From Felis catus (Eukaryota): a DNA stretch of 64,000 nt. Shown here piece by piece: positions 11,496 to 23,888 of the stretch (positions within the stretch are counted from its first letter, which is position 1; the number at the start of each line of letters is the position of its first letter). Location: positions 204,354,001 through 204,418,000 of the forward strand of contig NC_058368.1 in the NCBI RefSeq assembly GCF_018350175.1, read 5' to 3'. Below the pieces are notes generated by a model. It was not told the origin of the DNA and did no database searches. It saw only the letters and a program-made list of their open reading frames with translations. The position numbers and the translations under genes are program-made.

Positions 11496-12589
11496 CAGAT
11501 ATTTGAGTATTCTTTTTTTTCCCTCCTGAACTAAGAATTTAGGCAAGAAATCAGCCAAGGTGCTATTTCTAAATATGGGCATTTGTTTCATTTCATTTCA
11601 TTCATTCACTAATTTATTCATTCATCACTCAGCAAACATTTGAAAACCTGATATAAGCAAGGCACTCTGCTTAGGTCAGAATTAAAGAGTTATAAGGCAT
11701 AATGTCTTGTCCTCAAGGAGCTATTCATCTAGTGTGGAAGAATTTGTACTCATAATGTATTATTTTTACCTTTTAAACAAAGTGGGTGGTCAGCATGTAT
11801 AAATTTGGCTGTAAATATTTATGAAGAGAGTGTGTTTTCTGTGTTTTCCTGGAAACAACCTAAGATTAAGAGTTACCAATTAAAGATCAAACTTTACAGC
11901 CAATGAACTGCTTCCAACCAGCAAGAGCCTCCAACGTAAGAGTCACGTGGTGCTGGTGCTCCCAGGGGTTTTATAGAGAATTTTCACATTGGCAGTAATA
12001 CTGGACCAGATCATCTCTAAGAGCCGTAGCAACTCTTAGGATTGTATGAATTGGGAATTAACCCAGATTATTTGCTAATCCCAATCAGCTCATATCATCG
12101 TGTCATGTCTACATTCAATACTTAGTGATAATTTCTTAACCTTCTGGGTTTTTGTTTTTATGAACACTAATGAGTAAGTTTAAGATTAGCAGTAGATCAA
12201 ACTCAAACGGATGCAAACAGCTACTTTTGATCCTCCTGTGATTCAGTTGAAATGCTTCTTCCCTTACCTCCTGTTTGAAATGTCCTGAAAGAAACACTAA
12301 AGACGTCAATAGAGCAAGGAATGAATGTAACAGGGTCTTGAAATCATTTCAAGCGAGGTAATCTTGACATCAAAACGAACACTTTTAAAATTTCCAGCAA
12401 CTACTTTTAATTAAGTCCTAGGTTCCTTGTGTTTTTCCAAATTGGTGGTCAAAGAAAACAGTCGTCCTGGATTCCCCTCCCCCAAATTATTATAATGGTA
12501 GTAATTTGGTGCTGAAGATTATGAATAGCAATCCTCAAGAAGTTTATAGATCATCAGAGTTCTGGCTTATAATAATAATGCATTTTTAT

Positions 12590-12821
12590 TTTATTTATTT
12601 TTTTTTTAATTTTTTTTTCAACGTTTATTTATTTTTGGGACAGAGAGAGACAGAGCATGAACAGGGGAGGGGCAGAGAGAGAGGGAGACACAGAATCGGA
12701 AACAGGCTCCAGGCTCTGAGCCATCAGCCCAGAGCCTGACGCGGGGCTCGAACTCACGGAGTGCGAGATCGTGACCTGGCTAAAGTCGGACGCTTAGCCG
12801 ACTGCGCCACCCAGGCGCCCC
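12590..12821 (-). mobile_element. Young feline Can-SINE
   Basis: CpG-rich, near-identical to other young copies; TSD tgcatttttatttt. Confidence 0.92.
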
Positions 12822-12941
12822 TGCATTTTTATTTTAAATGTTTAGAAGTAAAAAGGAATTCATCTTTTACTTTTCTTTGCCCATGTTTCATCATTGTGCA
12901 AGCCTCTACAGTAAAAAAAAAAAAAAAAAAAAAAAGAAATG

Positions 12942-13156
12942 AGGGGCACCTGGGTGGCTCAGTCGGTTAAGGGTCTGACTAGCTCAGGTCATGATCTCAC
13001 AGTTTGTGAGTTCGAACCCCGTGTCGGGCTCTGTGCTGTCAGTTCAGAGCCTGGAGCCTGCTTCGGATTCTGTGTCTACCGCTCTCTTTGCCCCTCCCCC
13101 ACTCATGCTCTGTCTCTCAAAAAATGAATAAATGTTAAAAAAATTTTAAAAAAAAA
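12942..13156 (+). mobile_element. Can-SINE
   Basis: ggggcacctgggtggctcagtcgg head, A tail. Confidence 0.9.
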
Positions 13157-14159
13157 GGAAAAATTAAAGTTTTGTTAGACTGATTTTACAAAAGCATCCC
13201 TGTGCCTCCATGTCTTTGAGATGCTATTAAGCAAGCACCTCCAACCCACCTTAGCAAAACTCTTGATCTTTAGGGCCTCAAGAGTTGCTTCCTCCCTGAA
13301 GGCTGCCTAGACTGCATATGTGCCTACTGCAAATGTGCTTACATTTCACTCTATCAAATTCCTTATTCAGGCTTGCAAACTCCTAGAGGATCTGTTCTCT
13401 GCCTACTTCAACTCAGTACCACACTCACCAAGATTTACAATGTTTCCATCTACCCTGTCTTCTCCGTTCCTCAAAATGTGCCAGGTTTATTCAGGCCTTA
13501 AAGCCTTTGGTCTATGCATCAGAACCCTTCCACACATTTCAGATGCTCTCTGCCTTGCCTTCAACTCCAGCCACAAGGGTGGCAACTGTCTCCAGTCTTT
13601 GCCCAGGATCCTGGAGAATGTGATAACATCTCCCTTTGGATTCCCGCTATAGACCTTTTGCCTCAGCCTCACTGTGATGTGGGGTCCCCGCAGAACTCAC
13701 TTGGCACTAATTTCAACAGGCTGCAAGTGCAGAGGAGTTAAGTTCCCACGGCCACCCTTGACCAATGGTGGACCTTTGGCTGGCGGATAAATGTTTCCTC
13801 CTTTTCTCCCTTGGGCAGACAGTTCTGAGAAGCGTTCCAGAAGTTTCCTCAGAAGATCCTACAGAATCAGCCACCAGTTGGCCCATGGCCAATTTGCGGT
13901 GCATCCTTATGTGGCTTTCTTCTATTCAGTTTTACTCCTGTGCGTCTCCTGCGTCCTGGGTCATTTCCCAAATATGTGAGTTGCATGTAAGCTTTTGTCT
14001 CGGGCTTTTTTTTCTTTTCTTTTCTCTCTTTTTTTTTTTTTTTTAGAATCCAGGCTAAGACGATTGATACCCAGAATAGCCCTATAATGCAGACCCTCAG
14101 GGTAGGGGTTGAGGGCTGGTTTACTCACCAGTCGTGGCAATCACCCCATTGCTGTTTGT

Positions 14160-14450
14160 AGTAGGCATACAACTCCCCCACATCCCCAAAGATGACCATG
14201 TCTAGAACTTGTGAATATGTTTACCTTACTTGGCAGAAGCAAATGTCATTAAGGACCTTGAGCTGGGAGATTATGCTAGGTGGTCTGGATAGGCCCACGC
14301 TAACCATGCAGGCCCTTAAAAGCAGAGAACTTTTCTGGGCTGTGATCAGAGGGAGATGTGAGTTATAGAAAGATGGTCAGAGAGATGTAACATCGCTGAC
14401 TTTGCAGATGGAGGACCGGGGCCACAAACCAAGGAATGTGGACAAGGAAT
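14160..14450 (+). mobile_element. MLT1 (MaLR) LTR fragment nested in the ERV-L
   Basis: ccccaaagatg...agaacttgtgaatatgtttaccttac...aaggaccttgag...ggagattat. Confidence 0.65.
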
Positions 14451-16701
14451 TTGACAATTCTTTATCAAAGTCCCAGCCTTGGTAAGAAGAGATTGGGATA
14501 CTGGGGCCTGAGTTAGTAACCACAGTGTAGATGAACCTGAAAATGCTGAGAACAAGATTCTGCTTACACAGGACTGGCAGAAGCAGCTGTTCTCCCTTGC
14601 CTGGAGCCCCTGCCAAGGTCTCTGGTGAGGCAGATGCCTGCAAGCTGAGGCTTGACCTCCTCGAGACCATCTTCCAATACCCTAATTATTCTCCAAACCC
14701 AGAACCAGGTCAGGCCTCAACAGCTGCCACACAGACTGAGGAGAGAAATACAGCGTCTGTGTGGGAAGAAGTAGCTTGGGCACAGGAGGAATTGCAGAAT
14801 CAAGCTAATATGTATTGTCAGGAACCAGGGCAAAATGTGTTCGAGTGGATCTTGAAGACATTGGGCCAGGGGTGGAGGTCGAGGGAAGAATAGCAGGTGG
14901 GATAAGGGAGAGCTAATCATCCTGGGAGCATTTACCCATGACTTGGAGAGGACACCATAAACTGGCCCTAACATGCAGCCAGGATGGCTATAGAGGTTTG
15001 GACATGAGTGCAGCCTGCAGTAAATGAGGCAGAGATGGCACAGTGTTAAGGAAAAGGTAAGAAAGTTCTGGGAGGTACGAATATTAGAAAGGTTTCGTTA
15101 AGTGAGACTGAAGAACCACCTACCTACATTCCCCGGGAGGACATTACCTTCACTTGAGGCAATAAAGAATGTTCTGGGAGGGGTGTACCAGCACTTATGT
15201 AAAGGTCAGTGATGGCTACACACTGCCAGCAGGCCTTGGTAGTGGGAAATGCTGCCAAGGAACCAGGCGTGCTATGATCAGCGGGGATGATGGGATTCTA
15301 GAATGACAGAGGCCATGTATTATCACTTAAATGTCAGAGGTGAGGTGGACATAATAGAATGGACAGTCTGGCTGGAGTGAAAATCAAGGAGCCTTTGTTT
15401 TGTGACAAAGGCTAATAGTTCACAGAGTTCTGAGTGACAGCTGGCTAGAGTGTTACCTGACTTGTCTAACCAAAAAAAAAAAAAAAAAAAAAAGAAAAAG
15501 AAAGGAAAGAAAGAAAGAAAGAAAGAAAAGAAAGAAAAAGAGGCAAGCTGGTGAGGAGAGGCTGATATAGCCTGTCACAGGAAAATCATGGTCCCAGAGC
15601 TAAGTTATAGACTCAGTGCACAGTGACTGGGAGGCCAGGTCTTGAGGAAAAGCCTGCTGGCACAAGTATATACGGTATACGTGCCCAGAATTTTTAAGGA
15701 CTGTTGGCTAAAAAGTCCAAACTGAACTGGATAGCAGGAAATCCTAAACACTATTATGACCCTAAGTGTGGATGGGCGTCTTTAGAAACCAGGTGATGAG
15801 TGGAGTTCTGGCCAAAGTCTGTGTCCCAGTGGGTCCCACCTTGGGGTTCCTTCCCCAGTCTCCAACTATCTACTTGGGATCGATACTTTTAGACCACTGA
15901 CCTGTGGAGGAAGAGCCACGTGGAAACCTCCAGGGCTGTACCCTCTCCCAGGCCATGTTCGTAAATCACGAGCAATCACACGAGGAAATACAGCCATCAG
16001 TATTACCATCCAAACTCAGCTTCACTACTAAAAAAATTTAAAGGCACAAAGGTAATGGGCTCCATCAAAACCTCCTTCAACTTATCCATCAGACTTCTAA
16101 GAAGAGAGCAGGCAGATAAGAAAGGATGATGGCTGTTCTCTGTTGTCGCCCCCACGCAGGATGCGGCATCTTCACTGGCAGCCTCTGGCACTGATAGGCA
16201 GCCGTTACTTTGGAAAATGCATTCCTTTTCAATTTGCATCAGAAAGGAGGATCAAAACAATGCGTGAGACGGGCAGCTGGTCTCATTTGCTCCAGGCAAT
16301 TGTCAATCTCCGGCTCAAGGTCACAATATCGTGTGAAGGACTTTATCCTGACAGTGCGGAATATCACGCTAGCCCACTGTATTGTGACAGCGTCCTAGGT
16401 GGGTTTAGCATCAGAAAGTGGCAAGAACTCAGAAGCCCTAGTGAGACTTATGTGTGCCAGAGCGTGGGTGATAAACGCCCTGAAGAATCAGGGGCCTGTT
16501 ACATTGACCAAGTATTCAGAGGCCCAATGACCTGGGGCAGGCCTACACATTCCTTCTAAGGTAAAGGACAATTTGTTGCATCTTTTACCCCTCAGTGCTG
16601 AGACAGAGGCACAGGGTTTAGTAGGACTCTCTGGGTTTTGGAAGTACATGTTTAGTACATTCTTCCAGTTCTACCTGACATGGCTACCCGTTTCCAGTAG
16701 A

Positions 16702-16745
<44 letters not shown>

Positions 16746-17424
16746 TCCAGTTTCAGGCTTTGCAGCAAACTGCGTTGCCACCCTGGCTGTATTACATGAC
16801 GGTGAGGGATACTGTGGGGGGTCCGGCAATCCCAGTGGAAGGCTACAGCACAGCCCTGTAGGGTCCTGGAGTGACACCACACTTTCTGGAAAAGAGAACT
16901 GCTTGGGCTCCTGGTGTGTTATGGGGCCCTAGTAGAGACTAAGCACCTGATTATGGGACGCAAAGAGACAAAGCAAACAGCCATCTCCTCATGCACTGGG
17001 TCACTATCAGATCCATGGAGTCATAAAAGCAGATGGCACAGCAGCGACCTTACTGGCATTGACATCTACTCAGGATACAGGTTTGCCTTTCCTGCCCGCA
17101 GCGTACCCTCTAACACAATCATGCTATGACACAGAGAATATCTGATCCATTTTCATGGTATCTCTCATGGCATTTCCTCAAAGACTTTCGTGGCAAAGGC
17201 AATGGGCACTTGACCATGGGATCTACTCATCTCACCATAAGCCTCAACACCTGAAACAGCCAGCATAAATAGGACAATGTAGTGGTTCAGCCAAGGCACT
17301 GGCTCTATAGGACAGTATCCTGCAGGGTTGAGGTTGGATCCTGACAGTCTCCAGGACTGGGTACAAGCACTTTAGCCATGGCTGATGGATATGTGTCCCC
17401 TGTTGTTAAAATACACAGGCCTGG

Positions 17425-17545
17425 TGGGGTGCCTGGCTGGCTTGGTCAGTGGAGCATGGGACTCTTGATCTCAGGGTTGTGAGTTCAAGCCCCACATTGG
17501 GGGTAGAGATTACTTAAGAAAATCTTTATATAAAAAAAAAAAAAA
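17425..17545 (+). mobile_element. Short older Can-SINE nested in the ERV-L
   Basis: ggggtgcctggctggcttggtcagtggagcat...A tail. Confidence 0.8.
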
Positions 17546-17967
17546 CTATAGGCCTGGGAATCAACAGGTAAAAGTAGGATAGCCTTCTCACATCAGTGAT
17601 GTGAGAGTGACCCACTTGCAGAATTTGTACTTCTCTTTCCTACAACCCAGGTTCAGCTAGATTAGAGGTTTGGGTTCCCAGGGGCAGGGGGATGCTTTCA
17701 CCAGGGGACCCAGTAAAGGTCCAGTGAACCGGAATCCATGACTATCGCATGGTCACTTTGAGGTCTCTGTGCCAGTTGACAAGCAAAGAGAGGAGCTATC
17801 ATACTTGTGGAGATTATTCACCCTGATCATCATAAGGGGATAAAGAGGAGAATGTCTGGAACCCAGGAAGCTCACTGGAGCCTAACTTTGGGGCCTCATG
17901 ATACCAGTGAACAGGCAATTGCAGCAACCACGGCCTGACAAGGGCAAGGCAACTCAAGGCTCAAATC

Positions 17968-18079
17968 CTTTTTTTTTTTTTTTTTTAGATTTTTTAGAAT
18001 CTTTAAATGTAGGGCTCAAACTCACAACCCCAAGATCGAGAGTCACATGCTCCACCAACTTAGCCATCCAGGCACCCCT
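17968..18079 (-). mobile_element. Short Can-SINE nested in the ERV-L
   Basis: Poly-T then body; TSD-like aggctcaaatc on both sides. Confidence 0.75.
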
Positions 18080-18242
18080 AGAGGCTCAAATCTTTGATGA
18101 TAAAGATTTACACCATACTAGACCAATCTAGGCCAGCTGAAATGCTGGCCAAAGGTGAGGGACCTTTAGAATGGGTGACAGAGGAGGGAGGGATGAATCC
18201 AATCCTAGCCTCGGGACCAGCTGCCGTAGTGACTGTGGCTCC

Positions 18243-18419
18243 ATAGTCTTCAAAGCGTGGTCCCTAATGGCATCGGCATCACCTAGGAACTTGTTAGAAA
18301 CGCAGGTTCTTGGGCCCTGCCCCAGATGTGCTGAATCAAAACTCTGGGGGTGGGTTCTCACGGTCTGTTTTAACAAAGCCTCCAGGAGATTCTGATGCAC
18401 CGGACCTGAGAACCACTGT
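18243..18419. mobile_element. MER5A-like hAT-Charlie MITE
   Basis: gcatcacctaggaacttgttagaaacgcag...ctgaatcaaaactctgggg...gattctgatgcac...tgagaaccactg. Confidence 0.75.
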
Positions 18420-19139
18420 TGTAACTTGTCCTACTAATCCTCCTGCATGGAGTGCCAGCAGTGACTTGGATTTAACAGAGGGTGGGTCGGGGCAGAGCCT
18501 GGGGTGGTGTGTGTGCCAGGTAGCAGCTATGTGCCCATCAGATCCTTCCAGCCACGCTTCTCCCTCCAGCCACTGAGGCTGTGACTGTTTCCATGCAAGT
18601 TTGAACAACCTTACGCAGGTCCTACCTGATCGTATCTTGTCACCTGACCCTGGCCACCTCCGGGGCTTCTCTGACACTATGGCATGGGAAGCACCAGGAA
18701 CTCATCTGGCACTCACACGTCATAATCTGCAAATGTTCTTCCAAAGCATGCTCCAGGGGTACTTACACACAGCAAATTCTGGGGATGCAGGGCAGGTGAC
18801 ACCATGGGACCACTCTTGACTAGTGGTGAACAGGAGGTGATGGGTAAATGTTTCTCCATTTGTGCCCTAGGCAGACACCTGAGATGTGTTCCATAAGGCT
18901 CCTCAGAGCGTCCTGCAGGACTGAGTGCCGACCACCCATAGCTCTGGCCAGTCTGTGTTGGCTTTTCCTGTTTCTCTCCCCTGCCCCTCTCTCCTCTCCA
19001 GGATCATTTCCCAAAGAAACTATTCTACATGGAGCCTCTGTCCTAGGCTTTGTTTGGGAGGAACCCAGTCTTGAACCCCTAGCTGCCTGGAATGCCCTTG
19101 GCCTGCTTTCCAAGGGTCACTGCTGCGTCCTATTCAGAT

Positions 19140-19412
19140 CTCAGACTATCTACTCCAAGTATCCTCTCCTAACGGTCCCATCCAAGGTAGCAAACCTCCA
19201 ATATCACATCACCCTATTTGCATTCTCTTTAAAGCATCTATCACTATCTGACATTTTTTCTGTAAAAAATGTCTTTGTCGGTGCCTTTGTCCAGCACTAG
19301 AATATCCTGCACAGGAGGGGAGGGGCCGGGCCTGTGTCATTCTTTGCTCTTTCCTCGTCACCTTACACAGTTCCTGGCAGAAATATTTCTTGATTAAATA
19401 AATGAATGAATG
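19140..19412 (+). mobile_element. L2 3' fragment
   Basis: Ends in ...acagttcctggc...aaatatt...tgaatgaatg, a typical L2 terminus. Confidence 0.5.
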
Positions 19413-19480
19413 CTAGAGTTGAAGAACAAGAAAGCAAATCTAGGCTTTTCTGGGGGGGAAATGCAGATCTTAAATTTAAA

Positions 19481-19486
19481 TTTATT
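19481..19486 (-). terminator. Probable NIM1K polyadenylation signal AATAAA (short 3'UTR)
   Basis: tttatt on +, about 95 nt past the stop codon. Confidence 0.55.
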
Positions 19487-19580
19487 TAAAAATTACAAAA
19501 ATGTCTCCACCCAAGTTGTCCATGAAAAAATTTAAAAGCAGCAACAATGCTCTTGGTTAATTATCAGCAGTTAACGCAAT

Positions 19581-20330
19581 TTATAAAATTGAACAAAACT
19601 TAGATGTGTGTCTTATGCCTCTATAGACACGGGACCCTTTCTTCAGGTCCCTTTCTTTCGGGTCTGGTAGTATCATTATCGGGACACTTTCCAAAGCCTT
19701 TTTTCTTTGGACTCTATGTAAAATGATCCGATAGACCCCTGTAATGGAGCTTCGGGCATCTCTCCCTTGGTTGTTTCGAATGTGCTCTTCTGTAATACCC
19801 AAGTGTTCTAAAGTGCTTTTGACCTCGTTTTCTTCTTCCTTGAGGGTGCTGGTTTCGGACAAATGTTTGGGATCCAGTTGGAAAGGCTCCAGAGGGGTGG
19901 GGTACGGCACCCCTTGCATCCACTCATTGCTCATGATGGAATCGATGCCGTGCCTGTCGGTGGGTACGGGCTGAAGGACGCCCCGGATGAGGCGGAGGCA
20001 GGGCTCGGACACGTGCGGAGGCACGCTGTATGCGCCCTCCAGGATGCTCTTCTTCAGCTTGGCCACGGTCTCTGCCCGAAACGGCATGGTGCCGGTCACC
20101 ATGAAGTACAGAAGCACCCCCAAGGCCCAGATGTCCACATAAATGCCGACATAATGCTCGTCTCGGAAAAGCTCGGGCGCCGCGTAGGGAGGCGACCCGC
20201 AGAAAGTGTTGAGCATGTCGCCTTTTTTACTTACTGTGCTGAATCCAAAATCACCCACCTTCACACAAGTATTACTGGTATAAAACACGTTTTCTGCTTT
20301 CAGGTCTCTATGAATAATTTGGTTCTCATG
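19581..20330 (-). CDS. NIM1K: NIM1K last coding exon (kinase C-lobe and C-terminal tail)
   Basis: [16 protein letters not shown]...DFG...[14 protein letters not shown]...KFCSIL*; acceptor AG (ct at 20331-20332); 750 nt. Confidence 0.96.
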   Translation of the reverse strand, partial: HENQIIHRDLKAENVFYTSNTCVKVGDFGFSTVSKKGDMLNTFCGSPPYAAPELFRDEHYVGIYVDIWALGVLLYFMVTGTMPFRAETVAKLKKSILEGAYSVPPHVSEPCLRLIRGVLQPVPTDRHGIDSIMSNEWMQGVPYPTPLEPFQLDPKHLSETSTLKEEENEVKSTLEHLGITEEHIRNNQGRDARSSITGVYRIILHRVQRKKALESVPIMILPDPKERDLKKGSRVYRGIRHTSKFCSIL

Positions 20331-22290
20331 CTGTGGAAGAAGACACAGGGAAAAGCTATCATTTTCAAGGAATAATACTAACAGAAGCGAATGTGTCAGT
20401 TGCTCTGAAACAGTGAAGTGATAGATGACGGAGTAATAACCAGTTCAGCGGATGTCAACCTAACTCAGATTGCAAGCCTCAAGGGCCGCCCGGCCATGCC
20501 CTTTAGCCAACGTGACACCCACACATCCCCCAAACAGACCAAAGGTTCTGTTCTTCCGTGGGGCAACGGTTGGACTCTGTCTGACACTTGTGACTCAGGA
20601 ATCAGTGCCAGAAATGAAACTTAGATCTTTTGAAACTACACGCTCCAAAACACAACGAAACGGTAATCCTTCATGTTTGAGGCCATGAATGAGTTTTTCT
20701 GGCTGAGCAACTCTTGACTAGAGCCAACACCAACGAGACTTAGAGCCCTCCCCAACTTTTCAACCCTGCTCCTTTGTGGGGGCTCCTCTCCAGAATTCAG
20801 TAGAAGGAAAGAGGCTATATTCAGCAAGTTCTAGCAAGTCCCATTGTGGGTGGCGAGCATGTACCCCACCCCCACTCTCGCATTCTGGATCCATACAGAC
20901 AACCTTGAAGACCCCTGACCTACTTAGTCCCGAGGGCTCTTGGGATGGTTTAATGTGACTTTGCTGGGCTTCCTGGGGTAAGAATCTGGGCTTTGGAGCC
21001 TGATGGCTGGGTTAATTTTAGGTTCAATGATCCCAGCAGCGTAATATGAGTGTTTCCTTTCTTTGTAAAATGAGATACTGGAAGCCACCTCATGAGATTG
21101 CTGTGAGGGTGGCCAGTGGTACTGTATTTGCAGTGCTCAGCAAGGTCCTGGCCCAGAGTGGACACACTCAGTGGAATCTGGATCTGTGTCCGTGACTCAC
21201 CACTGGACAGATGGGAGAAATGTCAGGGCATGGAGTTTCAGAGGCCTCAGTCTGAGTTCCCTCTGCTCTCCCACTCAATTTCTTTTCCAAGTGGGATGTG
21301 GAAGACTCTTTGCCCATCTGCTCCATTGCTCAATGTGGGTCTGGCTTACTGCCTGGCCCTGGGACAGTTCACCACAGCATGGGGCCACTTAAATGACACC
21401 TGGTGGAACTGAAGATCTGAAGCACCCACCCCCATTACGGTTGGGCTTTTCTCTCTCACTCACTTCCTTTTCCTTCTCTTCGCCCTCCCAATGCCTATCT
21501 CGGGTCCCTGGGTCACTAATTTCCCTTAGTAATTTGTCCAGGAGGTCACTGATGACAGCCTTGCCTCCACAGCATCCAGTCAGAAGAATGAACTAGAAAT
21601 AGCCTCTTGCCTCACATAGACCCCAGACGAGTGTCTCTTTTCTGCCAACGGTACTGAGACTGCACTAGGTAAAGAGGACAGCCCAGACTTCTGCACTCAT
21701 GGAGCCGTAAAGATGGCGGTCAGGCCCACGTGTCAGGCTCCTCAGTGTGTGGGGGCAAAACAGCCAACAGTGGAGAGGCACAGCAGAACCGGTTCTGGGA
21801 GGAACTAGGGGTGTGTGTGTGTGTGTTTTGGGAGTCCACATTTACCTAAAGAAATGATCAGAGGACTGAAGTAAGAATGACATAATAAATGCTAATCAGC
21901 TGAGCACAGAGGGAGCCAGAGCTGGAGGAATTCACCAAAGGCAAGAAGGGTCTGTATGAGCTGACGTGACATTGAAGAAAATTCCAGAGAGAGACAAAAC
22001 TGAGCGGAATCATGAAGGGTGGAGAGGATTTGGAATGTGAGACGTGGTAAGAGGGGAGAGAGACACAGAGGCAGGGAGACAGGGCCCCGAAGCAGCGTGG
22101 AGCCAGCTGTCTGGCAGTGACGAGATGGGGGCAAAGAGTGTAATCTCATCTAGACTCTCACAGAAGGGACTACTGTCTGCCTTTTGCAGGACCCAAAGCC
22201 TCTGGGGACGCTTGGAGAGTGGCCAACTGGAGCCCACGCTCCCACTGTGGGCCGCGTGGGGGCAAGACTCCATCCCTCACACCCACTCAC

Positions 22291-22559
22291 CATGTGCTTC
22301 ACGGCAGACACAATCTGGGAGAAGATGAGCTTGCTTTCTGGCTCTGAGAGTTTCCCTTCAGTGCTGATTTTCCCAAAGAGTTCCCCACCCCCTGCATACT
22401 CCATCACCAAGTGGAGCTTGGATAGGGTCTCCACCACTTCATACAGACGGATGATGTTGGGATGGTGCAGTTTTTCCATGCTGGAAATTTCACGGGACAG
22501 TAGCCTTTGGGTTTTCTGGTCCAGCTTGGTCTTGTCCAGGATCTTAATGGCCACCTTTT
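22291..22559 (-). CDS. NIM1K: NIM1K middle coding exon
   Basis: (E)[41 protein letters not shown]...AVKHM; poly-T tract + AG at 22560-22561; donor GTGAGT at 22290; 269 nt. Confidence 0.96.
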
Positions 22560-23651
22560 CTGGAAAAAAAAAAAAAAGAGAGACGATGTGCCCATGTTCA
22601 CAGGTGCATAGATAGCTAGACGTGTGAGGAACCCACATGGGCCCCTTTGTTTTACTGGACACAGAGGTTAAATGGCTGTTCTCAAGCTCCTGGAGCTCGT
22701 CAGTGGTGATGACAGACAGACGGGAGTTCCTTGAGCTCACAACAGTGCTCATTCCTGGGATCGGTGTGAGTTTTCCTCATACAGCTTTGGTGTGTTTTCC
22801 TGTCTTCTAGGACTTCCGGACTTCCAAGACTCCTGTCTTCCAAGGAAGTTTCAGTTTGATGATCTTTATCTAGTTGTCTGGGTAAAGTGTAAGCTTCTTT
22901 GCTTAGCCCAGAAAGCCCCTCCTCATCAGACCCAACCCCCCTCTTCTGCCTCATCCTGCATCGCTCCTGTCCACAGTCCCCGCAGCCCCACGCACAACGT
23001 TACACAACTGTTTGTTGTTCCCTGGAAAGGGACTGAACATCCATGCCTGGGACCTTTCCTCCATCTGGATCATTTCCTCTGCTTGGCTCATCACTGCTTC
23101 CCTGTTCTGTACTCAGGTAACTCCTGATTACCCTTCAAGGCTAGCCTCAGAACCAGTCCCAGGACGTCAATTCCGTGTATTCTCTGTACGATAATCTCAG
23201 CGCACCGGCCTATAGATGCTGATTCCTTGTCTGTCTCCCCCTCCTCCCTCTTCCCACGTGGCTACGTTTTATCTGACTTTGGCAGCACCAAGCACATAAT
23301 GTAAGAGTACGGGCCACACAGAGGTCTGTGCAGAGGTCAGGGGGTGCACGAGACTGACCGGCAGGGTGACATGTGGCTGGCGGGAGGGTTCGCTGGTATG
23401 ATGGCTCTGGCCTGCAGTTTACTGTTATGTATTGAGAGCCTTAAGCATGGCTGCATGTTTTGAGCCAGCCATTTTGGTCGATTAACCTTAAAGAAATAAT
23501 CTGACATGGGCACAAGACTCCCTATGTCAGAAGACTTTGGTGACATGGGGAACAGCACCCAGCAAGAGAGACAGCTAAAATGAAGTGTGGTCCATCCATC
23601 TCTATAATGGTACACCATGCAGCTGTCAAATTAATGATGCTGATTTTTATT

Positions 23652-23888
23652 TTTTTTATTTTTTTATTAAAAAAATTTTTTTTTTCAACGTTTATTTATT
23701 TTTGGGACAGAGAGAGACAGAGCATGAACGGGGGAGGGGCAGAGAGAGAGGGAGACACAGAATCGGAAACAGGCTCCAGGCTCTGAGCCATCAGCCCAGA
23801 GCCCGACGCGGGGCTCGAACTCCCGGACCGCGAGATCGTGACCTGGCTGAAGTCGGACGCTTAACCAACTGCGCCACCCAGGCGCCCC
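23652..23888 (-). mobile_element. Young feline Can-SINE
   Basis: CpG-rich; TSD gatgctgatttttatt. Confidence 0.92.

Larger units (their letters stand above)
13500..19072 (+). mobile_element. Degenerate ancient class III (ERV-L-like) provirus: 5' LTR about 13500-14062, internal region, 3' LTR about 18515-19072
   Basis: Gag-like EELQNQANMYCQEPGQNVFEWIL (~14785); RT-like LENAFLF (~16210) and KDNLLHL...EAQGLVGLSGFWK (~16560); integrase-like LTGIDIYSGYRFAFPA (~17050); dUTPase-like remnant (~17690); both ends share catcaga..ccttcca..ctccagccac and gaactca..tggcact. Confidence 0.75.

Noticed and set aside
14140..14149. atcaccccat, similar to the SREBP site SRE-1, downstream of HMGCS1
   Set aside because: A single imperfect 10-mer inside an ERV remnant, without adjacent NF-Y/Sp1 context; expected by chance
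19744..20375. Plus-strand ORFs overlapping NIM1K exons
   Set aside because: Antisense shadow frames of GC-rich coding sequence
22560..22752. In-frame extension upstream of the NIM1K middle exon (200-aa ORF)
   Set aside because: It runs through the poly-T acceptor tract; the canonical AG at 22560-22561 already gives the correct phase and protein length
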